Positions 42,503 to 57,578 of a stretch of DNA of 64,000 nucleotides are shown piece after piece. The first letter of the stretch is position 1; each line of letters opens with the position of its first letter. The notes below the pieces were generated by a model. The model did no database searches, was not told the DNA's origin, and saw only the letters and a program-made list of their open reading frames with translations. The stretch spans positions 19,220,001 to 19,284,000 of the forward strand of contig CM022665.1 of assembly GCA_012295275.1 (NCBI GenBank), read 5' to 3'. Both the position numbers and the translations under genes were made by a program. The stretch comes from Chrysomallon squamiferum (taxonomy: Eukaryota; Animalia; Mollusca).

Positions 42503-44909
42503 GTAAGTACCGATTGTTTGATTTTATATATCTGTCTTCGTTCGCCATGTCGGCTCACGGAAACGAAGCCATTGAAAGAATTTCCCATTCAACATGGAGG
42601 CGAAAAGAAAGCAAGCAAGCTGAACCTGGGTCGTCTTATTGGTTAAAAATGTCCACCGAAGTATTTCTATCATGAAATTAGGTTCGGCAAAGCACAACTT
42701 TGCAATATTAAGATTATTTTTTTATATGTCTTTGCCCCTAATTATTGACATTAGGTCTGCGTGAACTGTGTGGCCCGATTCGGCGATTGTTGAAGGCAAA
42801 CAAAACACTACACCGTTTATACGGGATATCCTCTGAATCACTAAATGGTAGCATGAACGGTCCATTCATAAAGCATTTGGCTGCCGATTGATGTACTGTC
42901 CATTCATGTGTCAAAATGTAATTACTACAGTAGTTAATTAAAAATAGTGCAACGAATGACCTAACGGTACCGTATGTTTTCCAGTCATGGTAAACATTTT
43001 ATTTAATTACACTGTTCATAGTATTAAACATTATCTGATTATGGTACAGTGTGTATTGTTAATAGTTAATGCTCTAGTACATGTTTAACATAACATAACA
43101 AAAGTATTTATTATTAACCTTCTCAGTATTATTTCCATAGTTTTATTCTTTGAAGTTTGTAATATATTATTAGTTTTAATTTTAATTTTTTAATTTTTTT
43201 ATTTTAATGAAAAATAATGTGCTTTTAATGTTATTTATAACAGTTATAATATATAACACAAACCTCTTGTACATTTAAAAAAAAAATTACAACCTTCTAT
43301 TTATTTTAATGATTTCATCTTGTATATAATTTGGACAAGTAATTAATGATTAAACAATTTACACTAATTAAATAATGTGTAGTATACATTTATATGTTAC
43401 ACTGATAAATAAAACGAAACTTTCATGTGATATATAGTTATTTCTCTCTTTCTATCTATCTATATTTTTGTGGTATACATTTTGTGTATAAGCATAATTC
43501 TGTGTGAGTATGACCACAGATGCAATAATGGGTACAGATGTATTTCTGTAAAACAGTTTCTTATTTATGAATGCATTTTTTTAATTACTTTGTTGTATAA
43601 TACTGTATTTGAAACCCTTTGCCTGTTACTTAGAAGGCATACACATTCATATTGTTTAGGCAGGACATTTACTTGTATAGGATAATTCTGTATCATCTGT
43701 TTAGAATATCTTCAGTGAGATATTATATGAATTGGGTTGGAGTATAATTCCATTACAAAACAAGGACAATAAATCCGTTTGTGTAATGCTGAGTCATTGA
43801 GTTTGAATGGTTGAGTGAATCTTTTAAACTGTAGATGCTATTGTGTCAAGATCCCCAGTTTCAGACTGATATGTGTAAGTTTGTGCATGTCATAACATGT
43901 TTAAGTAGATGTATGAGCCCCTTTTTTTTTTCTTTTTCTTTTTTTGTGCAGGGATTTTTATTTTTATTATTGTTTTGTGGTTTCATTTTTAAAATTAAAA
44001 TATTTTTTGTACCATAATTATTGTTCTTTTGAAGAAAATTTTATATTACTTATTCATTTATTCATCATTCCATTCATTCATTATTGTTGTTTTGTTTAGA
44101 CTATTGTTATTAACCTGTTTATCAGATTAATTTAACCTTTAAATATTATTGGTACACATACAAGAAAACAAAAAATATAAGCAAAAACATGTATACGTAG
44201 AGAAAACATTGAGTGGGAGAAATTAATTGTTAACAGTGAAAAAGAAATAATGCATTGTTACTTGTTATTTTGTGAACAAAAATGGACGTATATATCACTT
44301 TAATACAAGACGTGTAATTCTAAAATTTAAAAAAAGTCAAGATAAAACTGAAAATGACAGTAACATATCACACACTCAGTACAGAGAAAGAGAGAGATAA
44401 AACACATCTACATACCTGTTTTAGCCATGTGTTTGGTATCTGACATTATAATTTATAAATATAATTTTCTGCCATTTTTTAATATTGCAGCAGTTTTACA
44501 CAAATGCCAGTTGCTTCAATGGTCAGTTTGTAGGTTGTTGAATTAACTCAGTAACCTGCTGTTAGCTGTTCTAGCCTGCACGAAAGATGAGAAAAATCTA
44601 AGATTTTTTTACTGGTTTAAAAGATAAAATCTCCAGTCACCACACTCTGGTCTAGTTATGCTGACACCAGGAAGAGATAATTCAAATGTTGTTTCTCAAA
44701 CACTGGAAACCTTCATACTATCTTTTTTCTAATATACCATTTTTCTCATTTTGAACTTTTCTTCTGTTATTGTTTCTGTTGACCCAGATCCTTTTCTAAA
44801 TATACAGCAACTTGTGTCTCAAACCTTTATTATGATTAAACTCCCATTTTTCTATCTAGCTCTGTATATTATCACCAATCTCCAACTTGTAAGAACCTAT
44901 TATTACTAA

Positions 44910-45230
44910 TCATCATCTTGCTATATGCATTCTAAATTCATTCTGTTCTGTTTATGTCTAATATTAACATGGCATTCTGCTTTACATAGATTGTCATAAA
45001 CAGCATCTTGCTTTGCATATTTTGTTACTAAATTTCATTTGGTCCTGCACATATTTCACTAAGCTTTATCCATTATAGATGCTGTCATTAAGCATTATCC
45101 TTAATTACATATATTACAATCAAGCTGTACATATTCTGTCATTAAGGTTCCTTCTACACATGTATATGCTGTCACTAAACTTCATCCTGCTCTGCATATA
45201 CTGTCGCAGAAATATCCTGCGTTTACATAC
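44910..45230. repeat. Old, degenerate ~30-bp tandem repeat in SPRED intron 1
   Basis: Recurring catcYtgctYtRcataYRYtgtcaYtaa-like units. Confidence 0.55.
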
Positions 45231-45437
45231 GCACGCACGTACAACTTCATCCAGTATTAAATTAAGTGAAATATCAAATCCTTTTCTATTTTAAATTGAT
45301 TATTTGGTTCACGTGTTAACAAATAAATATTTTAACTGAAACATACTATAAATATTTGGAAATGTAATGCAGAGATATTGAGGAGCATGACAAATTGGAA
45401 ATGACTTCAGTGATTGTGTCCCCACCTCAATGCAAAT

Positions 45438-45563
45438 AAGGCAAGGACATATCCTATTGCCAGTGCTGTGAAACTTATTTTTGGAGAACATCTTCTGTTT
45501 CAAGGCAAGGACATATTCTATTGCCAATGCTGTGAAACTTATTTTTGGAGAACGTCTTCTGTT
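45438..45563. repeat. 64-bp-period tandem duplication (2 copies)
   Basis: aaggcaaggacatatYctattgccaRtgctgtgaaacttatttttggagaacRtcttctgtt at 45438 and 45502. Confidence 0.9.
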
Positions 45564-45639
45564 ACAGAGTCTCAGGTTATACCTTCATTGTGTCTTGGAA
45601 AACCTAAACAGTCTCTCTCATCAGTAAGATCACTAGATG

Positions 45640-46205
45640 GAAATCGAGTTCATGAAGACAGACAGACAGCCTGGTCTCTGCTAGCAGTGAAGTTGGGTTT
45701 TTGTATCATCTTCAGCAGATGGCAGAATTTACTTACCTAGAGTCATCTGAACTGAAGACTGTACACCGGGGAAGGAGATGAAAACCCATACTGCAAAATT
45801 ACAGTTGCCTTAACCTGATGGAAGAGAAGTTGGCAAGACCGCAACATCTCGATGTTGAAAACTTCACTTTCTAAGAGTCTTGGTAATGTCAGAATCTTGG
45901 ACAAGGAAAGACAAGACTGAAATATTTTAATGCTTTTGAATTCTGCTTCTTCGGTACACAACACATCCAACACCACAGTGAGTGAGATGATCTTCAAATA
46001 CATTTATAACCCCATCCTACAGAGCACTTTAGAGGGCAACCAGAAGTGGGGTTATCCAGGGCAAATTTGGATGGACGATATAAAGAAATGGATTGGTCTG
46101 AAAATAGACTATAGCAGAAGATTTGAGTTAGGATGGCTGCACTGCCCCAGTGGCCAAACTGTCATGATCTAAAGCAGAAAAACAACAACAACAACAACAA
46201 TAATA
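45640..46205 (+). mobile_element. 3' remnant of an RTE-clade LINE in SPRED intron 1
   Basis: Reads ESWT...NAFEFC and ILQSTLEGNQKWGYPGQIWMDDIKKWIGL, matching the RTE C-terminal motif ILQGxxEGxRxRGRPxxxWxDxIxxW. Followed by an (AAC)n/(AAT)n tail. Confidence 0.72.
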
Positions 46206-47349
46206 AATAAATAAATAAATAAATACCTAAACAAAAAAATCCTTGTTTATTATTAGTAGTATTTTTTAAATTATTATTCTGGGTGAACTAACACTAACAG
46301 AATAAGCATAATAAAGGATTGGGAATTTAAAACTTGTATTTTTAGTTACTATTGATGTAGGGGGTTGTTGTTTTTTCTATTAATACATGTTAAATTGAAC
46401 AGTAAAAAATGTACAATGTAAATTTCCAGTAAAGCATTGAAATTACACATAAGGATCATGAATTTATTCTTTAAATTTTGAAAAAAAAAATATTATTATT
46501 ATTATTATTATTTTGGAATTTACTTTCTTTTTCCCTTCCTGCTACTACTAATAATTATAATAAACAAATGTTTCATTGACTCAGAATATTTTAATAATAA
46601 AGCATTTTAGGATCCACGATTCAATTAGTAGCAAGGAATGTTTTATATGCACCTACTACACAATTGTGGATCTCTGGCAGGATTAGGATATGGACTTGTT
46701 GAAAAACTGATCCTGTGACCTTTCAGGGAGTGCTGTTCAGTTCTAAAATGAATTGGTTAATTTTCCTGTCCATATTTTTGGCACTTTTTGCTGATTATTG
46801 TTAATCACAAAATTTTCTGTGCCCATCCTCTGTTTAAATCCTGGTTTGACGAATAGAAAGTTTATTTTAAATTATGCAAAGAAAATGTTTGATGACTGAC
46901 TCAAATATAGTTGTGTGTGTGAGTTAATCATATATCTGATTCTGTATCTGTCTGTACAATTGTGTACAAGTTTGTTTGTATGAGTATTTAAAACAGGGCA
47001 CAGATATTTAAATTTGAATAAACATATAAATATTATTGTACTTGTAGTTATATTTCCGATAAAACGTATTCAGCATACACAGAGAGGGTATAACGTGCTA
47101 CTGTCTAAGATAGTAACCAGTTATTTCTTTCATTCATTAATCATAAATAATATAAAAACTAAATGAAATTAACCATTTTATTCTCAACTCACTGATCTTC
47201 TGTGTAGTAGATATACATTATCTATTGATTTCATTGTCATCATACACAGAAACAAAATAGTTCTGGGGTACTGGGTGTTTTTTTTAAACGTTTATAACTT
47301 TTCAAAATGGTCTTTTAAGATCTAAACCTGCAATTAAACATTAAAGAAG

Positions 47350-47385
<36 letters not shown>

Positions 47386-50099
47386 ATTAAAAATATTAAC
47401 TGCCATCACTAAATGTAAACAGATAAGAACAACACCACCAGAAACAACTGAAAACATGTAATAGTACAAAGAATTTTGCATTTTTTAATGTATGTAATTA
47501 CAGTTAGCATAACTGAAAATCTATTTTATGATCATGTTTAGATATAAATTTCTAGCACATTTCTCATTTGATAATAAATATTATTTTGGAAAAGAAAAGG
47601 AATTAATTTAATAATTTGTATAATAAAATATATTACAGTCTACTCTATAACTATTGCGTAAAATATTTATTATTTTATAATATAATTTATTCTTTTCTTC
47701 TGTTAAATGCTTGTGAATTCTCATGGCAGTTTTTCATATATATTTTTTATGGTTTTCAAAGTGCAGCTAAGAATATTAATCATCATGATATTTGAAATGG
47801 GCAAAATTTCATAAGTCAACTTTTTAATTATTTTTTTTCTTTTTGTTTTCTTTTTTTAAATCATAAGGTAACAGTTACTCCTTATGCAAATCTGCAGTAT
47901 AAGGGAAGTAATTACATGGTGTTTTTATATACTAATGTTTAAGCATAAAAAATTCATTTCAACTGAGTTTATTTACATTTTATTTTGATGTAGTGTTACT
48001 TATTTTAATGTTTGTCTTTCAGTATGCTTCACTGTTCACCAACAGAAAAAAAAAAGAAAAAAAAAATGTTTAATTAAATGTTTTTTAAACAAATATTGGC
48101 AAAGTTCTAACTAAATACATTTATATGTGTGTGTTGTACATTTGTTCATTTGTTACTGGTTTTTAAGGTTGTTTTTTTTTGGTTTTTTTTAATTATAATT
48201 TTATTTTATTTTATTTTATTTTATTTTATTAATAATTTTTCTTCTTCTTCTTCATGTCCAGAACACAGATTTTATTTATTTGAAAATTTTTAGGCATTTG
48301 CCCAACTAAACAGTTTAATTAATCATACCTGAGCATTTTATTTTGAGTTTAACATAAAGCGTTGAGTATGAATGTGAACTTACTGGTAAGTTTGTTAATT
48401 AGCAGCATAGCAACAAAACTTGTATTTATATATTTTTATTTACAAATGCTGGAAAATTATGTATTACCATCTTAATACTGAGTTCTAGATATCTATGAAT
48501 GAAATATTCTTCATACTCAACTATTCTGTATAATGTTAGTATGTAATTATTATTAGATTATCATCCAGTTGTAAATTTCATAGAATTGTACATTAATACT
48601 GCATATACTGTGACTGTCTAAATAAGAAAGCACGCCTATGTATACACATTAAATGAATACGTGACAGCTGGGCTCTTTTTTAAACATGTAAACATAAAAT
48701 TAAAAATAAATAGGAACGATTTAGCTGTTAACACTGTAAAAGTGTTTTTATAAGTCTATTCTTATTGTGTGAAAAATTGGTAATACTTAACATTTACAAA
48801 TTCACCTGGTACCACTGAGAAAATCTCAAACTGATGAGAATTGTTCTCTGTTCACAAATTGCTTTCGTTAAGAATTTTATTATTATTGTTCAATTTTTTG
48901 TTTAAAATATAAATAATCAAATTATTACACACCTATTCATTTATTACTGTCTGTTAACTCATTTACCTATTAAAAAGCACTGTTCACTCACTTACCCATT
49001 AACACCATTCTTCATTTATCTGTTAACATCCATTCATTCATTTATATATTAAGCCTGAGAAACCATTTACCTGATACTTGCATGACCCCAGTACAAAACG
49101 GCCAGTTTTAAACAAAAATACAGTTTAATGAATCTATTAAAATGAAACAACTACATTGTGCCTTTATACTGTTCTCTTTTTCAGAAGACCCTAATTTCAA
49201 TGGCCAACAAATTTTGATGCAAAATAAAAGTGTCAGTCATTATCATTTATACTGGTGTTGTCCAGTTTTTCTGCAATTGGGTCCCAGATATTGTGAAGCA
49301 GCTACAACTGCTTTGTTCTGTTCAGGTGTAGGAAATAGTGGCTCTGAGAAAACATTATATCTATAATTTTAAAACATTTCTGGTTGTAATATTTTATATG
49401 ATATATATCATTGATTATCTTTTATATGTATTAAAGCTCTAATAAAAATTATGTGGAACAATATTTTTTATTTATTTTTTATTATTATTTTTTTTATTTA
49501 ATTTTTATATTTATTATACAAGGGTAATAAAGTTATGCCATTGTAGAAAGATAAAATTTATATTAAATTCATTGTTATAATTGTTTTTGTTTTATTATTA
49601 TTATTAAATAAGTCAGTAATTAAATATATTTATTTAGAGTATTATAGGATTTTGTTCTTCTAGTGATTTAATAACAATTTTAATTTTGTTTTTGTTTTAA
49701 TTATATCCCCAAATTTTGCTGACAAATGAAAAACTAATGATTTGATTCCTAGAACATGTCTCAAAAATAAAAATTAAATAAATAAAAATACATGCGGTGC
49801 AATATTTTGCTATATTTCCATACTGCCATTTTATCCATGTATTTTTCTTTTTTTATTATTATGCCTTTTTAAAAATTATTATTACGAATGGTATAATATG
49901 TATTGATGTTTTGTTTTTAAAATTATTTTAAAAAATAGTCACCAACCAAAATGCATTTGTTTTTCACTGAAGAATAAAAAAAAAAAAGAATGCCTAAAAA
50001 CTAAGTAAAAATGCTTCTTTTTTAGAACCAACATGAAATTATATGTATGAATCAAAATTCTGATTATTTCCTGATCATATTTATTCTGGAGTTTTTAAT

Positions 50100-50140
<41 letters not shown>

Positions 50141-51223
50141 GTACCCAGTGTTGTTTCACCAAGAAATAATAATAATTTAAAATTTAAAAAAAAACACAGA
50201 TTCAGATTTCTGCCTTGGTTGTTGGTGCAGAAGATGCATTAACAACTAGAATAGATTAAATAATTGTTACAGCTGAATAGTACACCATCTTATTAGCTGG
50301 AATTGAGTGTGTTAGCTAGAGGTATCCTTTGTTATCAGGTCTGGGAAAAGTTAGCCAAATTGTGCTAAACCTAAAAGAGCAAAGAGTCATTGTCTGTTAA
50401 AATATAACCCCCTTCTGTTTTTCAGTGAGTGAGTGTTTTTCAGCTGTGTTACTATACAGTGAAATTCCAAACTTCCATGTGATTAGATGGTGGGAAAAAG
50501 ATGTATACTCTATAAAAAAAAAAAAATGTGCATAGCTACAAGTACACGTGTGTACCTGCACATGCACCACACACACACACACACACACACACATCTCTAT
50601 AGAGATATTTATAACAAATACATAAATGTATACACAAATGCACAACACACTGATGTATACATAAACACTTAAAGTTGCATAAATACAAACATTACAGTCA
50701 TATATATGTATATGCACTTTAATTATAAATGTTTTATGGACAAATGAAAGAATGAGAAATTATAGAAATTGTGAAATTTATATTATAATAATAAATCTGT
50801 ATGCTTCACCAAGATCAAAATGATAACTAATGTTGCATTTGTGTGTATTGCAGAACCTGAATAATCATTAGATTATTTCTCCAGGTTACGCAGTATCAAA
50901 TCGTATGTTTTTTTTATAAGTGAATGTTTAAACCAATAATCCAAATGTGACAAAGGTTAGTGGAATACGTGAGTGATTACTTTGAGAAAACTTAGACCAT
51001 TCGTCATACTTTGATTTTACTATCATTATTTGTGTTTAGTTATAAATTCCCTCCATGTGTTCTTACTGGGACACTCAAAAACATGCATTTGTGAGTTATT
51101 GTCATCAGAATATCTCAAATAATTTCATTATCAGCTCATAATAGCATGCATGTATCACATCAATACAGAAAATATTCAGAATATTCTATGATTTTTCTTA
51201 TTTTGCTAAGATGGTAGTAAGCA

Positions 51224-51270
<47 letters not shown>

Positions 51271-53415
51271 CACACACAGAAAGAGATAGAGAGAGAAGGG
51301 AAGGGGGAGAGAGGATGTGGGTATGTTATAGTTATTATTAATCAAAACAGTAAGCAGATAATTTAGTGAAAAAGTTTTAAAGTTGAGCTAGTCACTCATT
51401 GTTATACTATTACAAAGAAGGACCCCTTGTTATTGCCATACTGTTCATTTAATATTGCTGTCACAGACATAAAATATAGACAGTGGTATGTCTTCCCATA
51501 AAACCATGAGATCTTTTAACATGCAGCTTCATTAGTCTGTCACATTAGGGCTTTAAGGTAAACAGCTGCAGATCACATTTAGAAAAACTTTATCTAGGGA
51601 GCCACATTCTTAAATATTTTCTGTCCAGATGTAGAACAAAATATTAATGTTTTAGGTTTTATTGTCTTTTTAATTTTATATAGCAAAACATTGTATTCTA
51701 TTTCATCTTCCTTTTGTTTCAAACCTCAATGCATTACAACAGTATTTCACTATCAGATTGTAATTGGTGATTAAAATGATATTTGAGACTTAAAAAAGAA
51801 GATTCTATAGATGGCTTTGAGTAATGGTGTATTTGTGTTTTTGTTTGTGTTTTTGTTATTCATATAAATTAATATTTTTGTTTAATATTTTTCAGGTTGT
51901 AAGTTGGTATGTTTCTTACATTATTTATATTTAAATCTATCATATCTGTGAATATGAATTATGTTTAAAGGTATGTTTTGAAATGTGTATTCTTCTGGAA
52001 TTGAAGAAAAGTAACTGGTCAGTGGCGTATGTGATTTATGTATACAGTGATCTTTCATTAACAACAGTCTCCAAGATTAACTGAACAGAACAGTTATTAT
52101 TGCAGAATGTTCACGTTTATCATAATATTACTTATTTGTACTTGCATTCATGTCACTTGTTATAGGAATGTCTAGTGAGAAAACTTGAAACAAAACTGAA
52201 CAATGCATTGGAACTTGAATTATACATTTCAGATAACACAAAAATTTAGAAGTGAACTTCTAGATAAAATATATATTATGTATGTATGCATTATATTATA
52301 TAATGTATGTATGTGTGTGTGTGTGTGTGTGTGTGCATGTGTGTAGAATATACTGTGTATGTGTTTGTGTTTCTTTGAAAGTTTAAAATTAGATGTAATC
52401 CCCAAAGATAATAGTATTTTATTACTTTACAGGTAAAACATAAACTAAAAATAGAGATATTTTAAAAAAAAAAAAAAAAAAAAAAGAAGAAAATCCCCTC
52501 AAATTTTATTTATATAATGCAGTCTTCGTCTAAGGCTTATACTTTTGAAACATTGAGAAGCCTGTCTTATTGTTTTGTGTGAGATTTTAACACATAATTA
52601 TAATGAAGAACATCAGAACTAATTAAATAAAGTCATGAAATAAACACTTCCGGTCTAAATCAATTGTATCTATTATATTATGCTAATGTAATTCATTGTT
52701 TATTAGTGATCACAGTTCCCAGTAAGAGGATTGGTGAATGAAGTGTGAATAATACGCATGACCAGTTGAATGAGAACAATTAAAGACCCACCCACCATGG
52801 CACCACGTTTGTCTCTGGCAAATAAGCACTTGTAATTTACGTTATTACAACCAATCCCCAGAACATGCTACTGTGTGTGTCTGTGTGTCTGTGTCTGTGT
52901 GTGTACCCATGTGCATTTGTTTGCATATATATATATATGCATACATAGTTTTGAATTTTGTACATTAAATTATTATTATTATTATTGGTGTTGTTTTTAT
53001 TACATTTTGTTTATATCTTATTTGTGAATATAGTACAGTTTCAGAATTAATCTACTTGATACATAAGATACAATATATATTATGTTCAAATTTCTGTGTT
53101 AATTTCAAAATAATGTATATATTTCTTACTTTCAGTGACATCTACCAAACAATAACTGTACATGCTGATAATACTTTATACAAAATCTGAATAGCTTTTT
53201 CTTAACCTAATGGCAAAACTATCAAGTGTTTATTTTTTATTTTTATGTGAATATTTTCTTTAATGTGCGTATGTTACAAGTTTATTACAAATTAATCTGT
53301 TAGACTATTTATAGTCTGTCCTCAACATTTTCAGATAAGGGATAGCTGATCTGTGATTTAGTTTTGGATTTTTATTTTTTATTTTGTCTGTTTTTTCAGT
53401 TACAAAAAATATATA

Positions 53416-53541
53416 TACAGTCAAACTTTGATAATTCAAACTCTGAAGGGGTCTGCAAAACAGTTTCAAATATCAGTGGTTTGAGTTTTTAAAGCCTAGA
53501 TTCTGTTGGATCAGTTTTTGAATTTTCAAAGCTCCAGTGTA
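53416..53541. mobile_element. ~125-bp Tc1/mariner-type MITE with TA flanks
   Basis: Left end TACAGTCAAACTTTGATAATTCAAA vs reverse complement of the right end TACACTGGAGCTTTGAAAATTCAAA (imperfect TIR, TA TSD). Confidence 0.65.
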
Positions 53542-53608
53542 TACAAATGTATAATAATTATGTTGAATGCACAAGAGTATATATTTAGTTTTGTTTGTTT
53601 TGTTTCAG

Positions 53609-53789
53609 TGGCGACTACCTTGTGCACGTACAGGCACAGGTGATGACGAGAGATGACTCAACAGGGGGATGGGTGCCAATGGGAGGTGGAGGTCTCAGCA
53701 ACGTGGGGCTACGCAAACTGGCCAAACTGAATGGAGGAGACCTGAATAGTGAATACATTATTTATGGTCAGCGGATTGCAGACAGTACA
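53609..53789 (+). CDS. SPRED: SPRED exon 2, EVH1 N-terminal half
   Basis: tttcag|T...ACA|gtatgt. Reads GDYLVHVQAQVMTRDDSTGGWVPMGGGGLSNVGL..., containing the SPRED hallmark VMTRDDSxGGW. Confidence 0.97.
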
Positions 53790-53838
53790 GTATGTACAAG
53801 TTATTTATGTTATATTTGCTTGTTTTTAATTTAGTAAA

Positions 53839-53880
<42 letters not shown>

Positions 53881-56800
53881 TAGCTGTTTGTTTTATATTT
53901 TTCATGGGTTATGATTTACCTGAAACAGAAAATAGTAAACATCTGTTTTGCCGTTTCATTCAGTGTGGTGCAGTTTCTAAATATAGCACATCATTCAGGT
54001 TATTTTATTAATGAAAAATCAATTACCTGTCTATTGTTTCAAATTCTAAATAATGAAGGTGTACATGATAAAACAATGTGATTTAATCCTTAATTGATAA
54101 CAGCATTTATTACCCAGTGCTGTCAGTTGTGAATCATTTAATTCAGGTAAAACAGCACCGCAAAGTCTGATTTATAATTAAAATGTATCATAGCCACATC
54201 AGGATGCACATATTAACTTTTCAGTACTTAATAACAAGCCACAGATTAATTGATTTAAATGGTGTAATTGTGTAACTAATTTCAGTTGTTACAGCAATTT
54301 GTTAACTTGTGGTTACATAAATTATTTTGATAACTGCAGTGATACAGCAACTTTTTTTTTATATACAGTTCACTACAAAATGTGCAGAACAATTTAAATT
54401 TATCAGTATTTAGTTTTTTTAAAATTTACATTAAAATCTTTTTTTACAGTTGTATAATTTAATTTTTTTATTCTTTATTTTTTTTATTTTGAATTTGTAT
54501 GATTAGCTTTACTGCAGCTAGTTTTAGAAATTTTAAGCAGGTTTTTCATTCCAGATACTGCAAATTCATAACATTTTATGTATCTGCTATGATGAAACTC
54601 ACTGCAGATACTGTATAAAATATGAATCCAATTTTAAATTTGCAGTGCAACATAGTTTCAGTTGTAATGCAGACTTTCAAAATTTTTAAATATGCTTTCA
54701 TATATTTAGGATGAAAAAAACCAGTTTGAAATAAAATATTTATACATACAAATGGAGTGGTAAGCATAGCAAAAAAAAATTAGAAGTAATTTTTAGATCA
54801 GTGGAATGCAAGAGGAATATTGTTACAATAAGGACTTTTTATTTGTTTAATTTTTAATTACTTTGCACTTTGTTTTGTTATGAAGGTAAAATATAATTAT
54901 ATTAATATAAGTTCGGTCAGATTTATCTGTGTCTTTTTTAAAAGAGTGGCAGATACAGAGCAATTTGTAGAAATTACTAAGTATTATTATTAAATAACTT
55001 TCTATTAGTGTTATTATTATTACTACTAAAATGGGGTATTTTTGTTGTTGTTTGTTTTTTCACTACAAAATACTTTTTTCTTCTTTCACTTTTACTTTTT
55101 CTCCTTTCAAAGATACTGCTTTATTTATCTACTTTATAATTTTATTAATTATAGTACCAGCTAACATGTTACTGTGGACACAAGATTCAGTATTGTTTAC
55201 TGGTCTTCTCTGTGTGCATGAAAATTATGTATTGTTCATTTTGGGTTGGTGAATATTTGCTACAAATGAAGTGGAAAACCTGGGGTGTTATATTGTAGTT
55301 AAAATTAAGTAATCTTATTTGGTAGATTGCAAAACTGCTAAAACTTGTTTTCAGTGAATAAGAATGTTTTTGATTAACAAAGTGAAGAGATGACTTTTTA
55401 GAAAAAGGGAAGGATCAAAGAATGAAGAAGATAAAAACAAGGGGAAATATGTTTTTTAATTCATGAGAACACTTGCAGAGGTTTGAATGAACATTCCAAA
55501 ATAACTTTTATTTCATTTTATGTTATTTTTATTTTATTGTTTTAGCTTTTATTTAAACCTAAAATTTGTTTTTCTTTTTCCCCCACGAATTACCTCAAAA
55601 TAAAGTGTATCGCTGTCTGCAAAAATATTCTAACATTTTATCTAGTATTTTGTAATAAAATCATCTTTTGTCAGTAAATTATAATATGAAAAATAAAAAA
55701 TTAGTTAATATAAATCTAATTACGTATGTTAATAAATAATAATCTGATCAGTTTGATGTTATTTTTATTTAAAGATAAAAAATGTATGACCTTGACCCAA
55801 GTTCAGGCAACCTCGCTCACTGCCCATTCATTAATTTTTCCTTATTAATTGGCTTCATGCCATATCCCCATCTTGGTCATTGAGCCAAGCTTTGAACCAT
55901 TTATCAGGATTTTGTTGGCCAGTAGCTATGGGATTTGGCCTTCAGTTCTTGACCCTGCTGTCTGCACATGAATGAATTGAAGCATACCGCCCACACAGTG
56001 CTGGAATCAATAATGTGGTTGTCATGGCTACTGCCTCAGCTGCATGGCTCTGCTTTGCTCGCTGGCTTTGTCAATGAACAGTTTCACTAATATGGTCTTT
56101 TGTCCATTGATTTGAAACAGTGAACTGAATTTTTGTAGTGTTAATAAACAAATGTTTTTTTTTGTTGTTTTTTTCTTTCTTTGTGTGTGTGTGTCTGTGT
56201 GTGAACTGAATTTTTGTAGTGTCAGTGAAAAATGTGTTGTTTTTAATACATGACTGAGAATGGTATGTATTGCTGTTTGCATAAATACGTGAATACAGAA
56301 CACACTGCCCAGGTTTTCTGTATATTTCTTGCTGTCAAGGTGTGACTAAACATTAATTTAAATTTATCAGTTCGGCATGTTTCAGTCATACTGTTTGAGG
56401 AAAGAAACTTTTCATATCTGTTTATTTTGAAAATCCAAAAATAAAAAATATTTTAAAATACCTGAATGTGTATATATTTGGATTGTAGGATATGAGCCCT
56501 TTGGGACAAAAGCCCCTCCCATAGTAAACTTTGCAAACAACTTTTTTAAAGCATAATACTACATATCTTTATTAATCAATTTGTTTGATCAACACAATTA
56601 ATTACTATGAAATAAATGATAATAATCACAATTGAGATGAAGAGAGAATTTATATTAAAGCAAACAAAGTCACTTAGTACGAAATGAGATAACCTATTTC
56701 AATACATTTTAGGAATTTTGCCATTTTAAAAGTGAATATAATATCAAAAGCTGAGGAAAACTCCAGCTGTCACTGGCTACTATGATTACATGACAAAATC

Positions 56801-57009
56801 ATTTCATATTTTCTAAGGTCACTTGTATGTTAATTATGAGGATTACTTTTAAATTAGTTGGTTATTAAAGCTGATCACAGCCAATTTACTTGAATGGATT
56901 TTGGTAATTAGATGTCAGGGGAAATATTAAACAATGGTAGAATTATTTTTAAAAAATTTTAAATTATTTTTTTAATTTGGAGACCATATGTACTACCTTG
57001 TTTTAATTT

Positions 57010-57578
57010 GGACTTGACCTTGTTTTATATGGGAAGTTGTCCTACCTTGTTTTATCACAAGGGGTGGGACTTGTCCTACCTTGTTTTATCACAGGGGTGG
57101 GAAGTTGTCCTACCTTGTTTTTTTATACCTTGTTTTATCACAGGGGTGGCAAGTTGTCCTACCTTGTTTTATCACAAGGGTCGGGACTTGTCCTACCTTG
57201 TTTTATCACAGGGGTGGGAAGTTGTCCTACCTTGTTTTATCACAGGGGTGGGAAGTTGTCCTACCTTGTTTTATCACAGGGGTGGCAAGTTGTCCTACCT
57301 TGTTTTATCACAAGGGTCGGGACTTGTCCTACCTTGTTTTATCACAGGGGTGGGAAGTTGTCCTACCTTGTTTTATCACAGGGGTGGGAAGTTGACTTGT
57401 TTTATCACAGGGGTGGCAAGTTGTCCTACCTTGTTTTATCACAGGGGTGGGAAGTTGGTCAGGGGTGGGAAGTTGTCCTACCTTGTTTTTATCACAGGGG
57501 TGGCAAGTTGTCCTACCTTGTTTTATCACAGGGGTGGCAAGTTGGACTTTTTTTGAGTTGTCCTACCTTGTTTTATCA
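57010..57578. repeat. ~34-bp minisatellite (~15 units) in SPRED intron 2
   Basis: Unit gttgtcctaccttgttttatcacaggggtgggaa, with variants ending ggcaa and aagggtcgggac. Explains the repetitive ORFs 57008-57683. Confidence 0.95.

Noticed and set aside
42594-42623. Alternative SPRED start (aacATGG, MEAKR...) with a possible GC donor
   Set aside because: Stops after 9 codons and the GC donor context is poor, whereas the 42480 exon has a consensus donor and MTEET homology.
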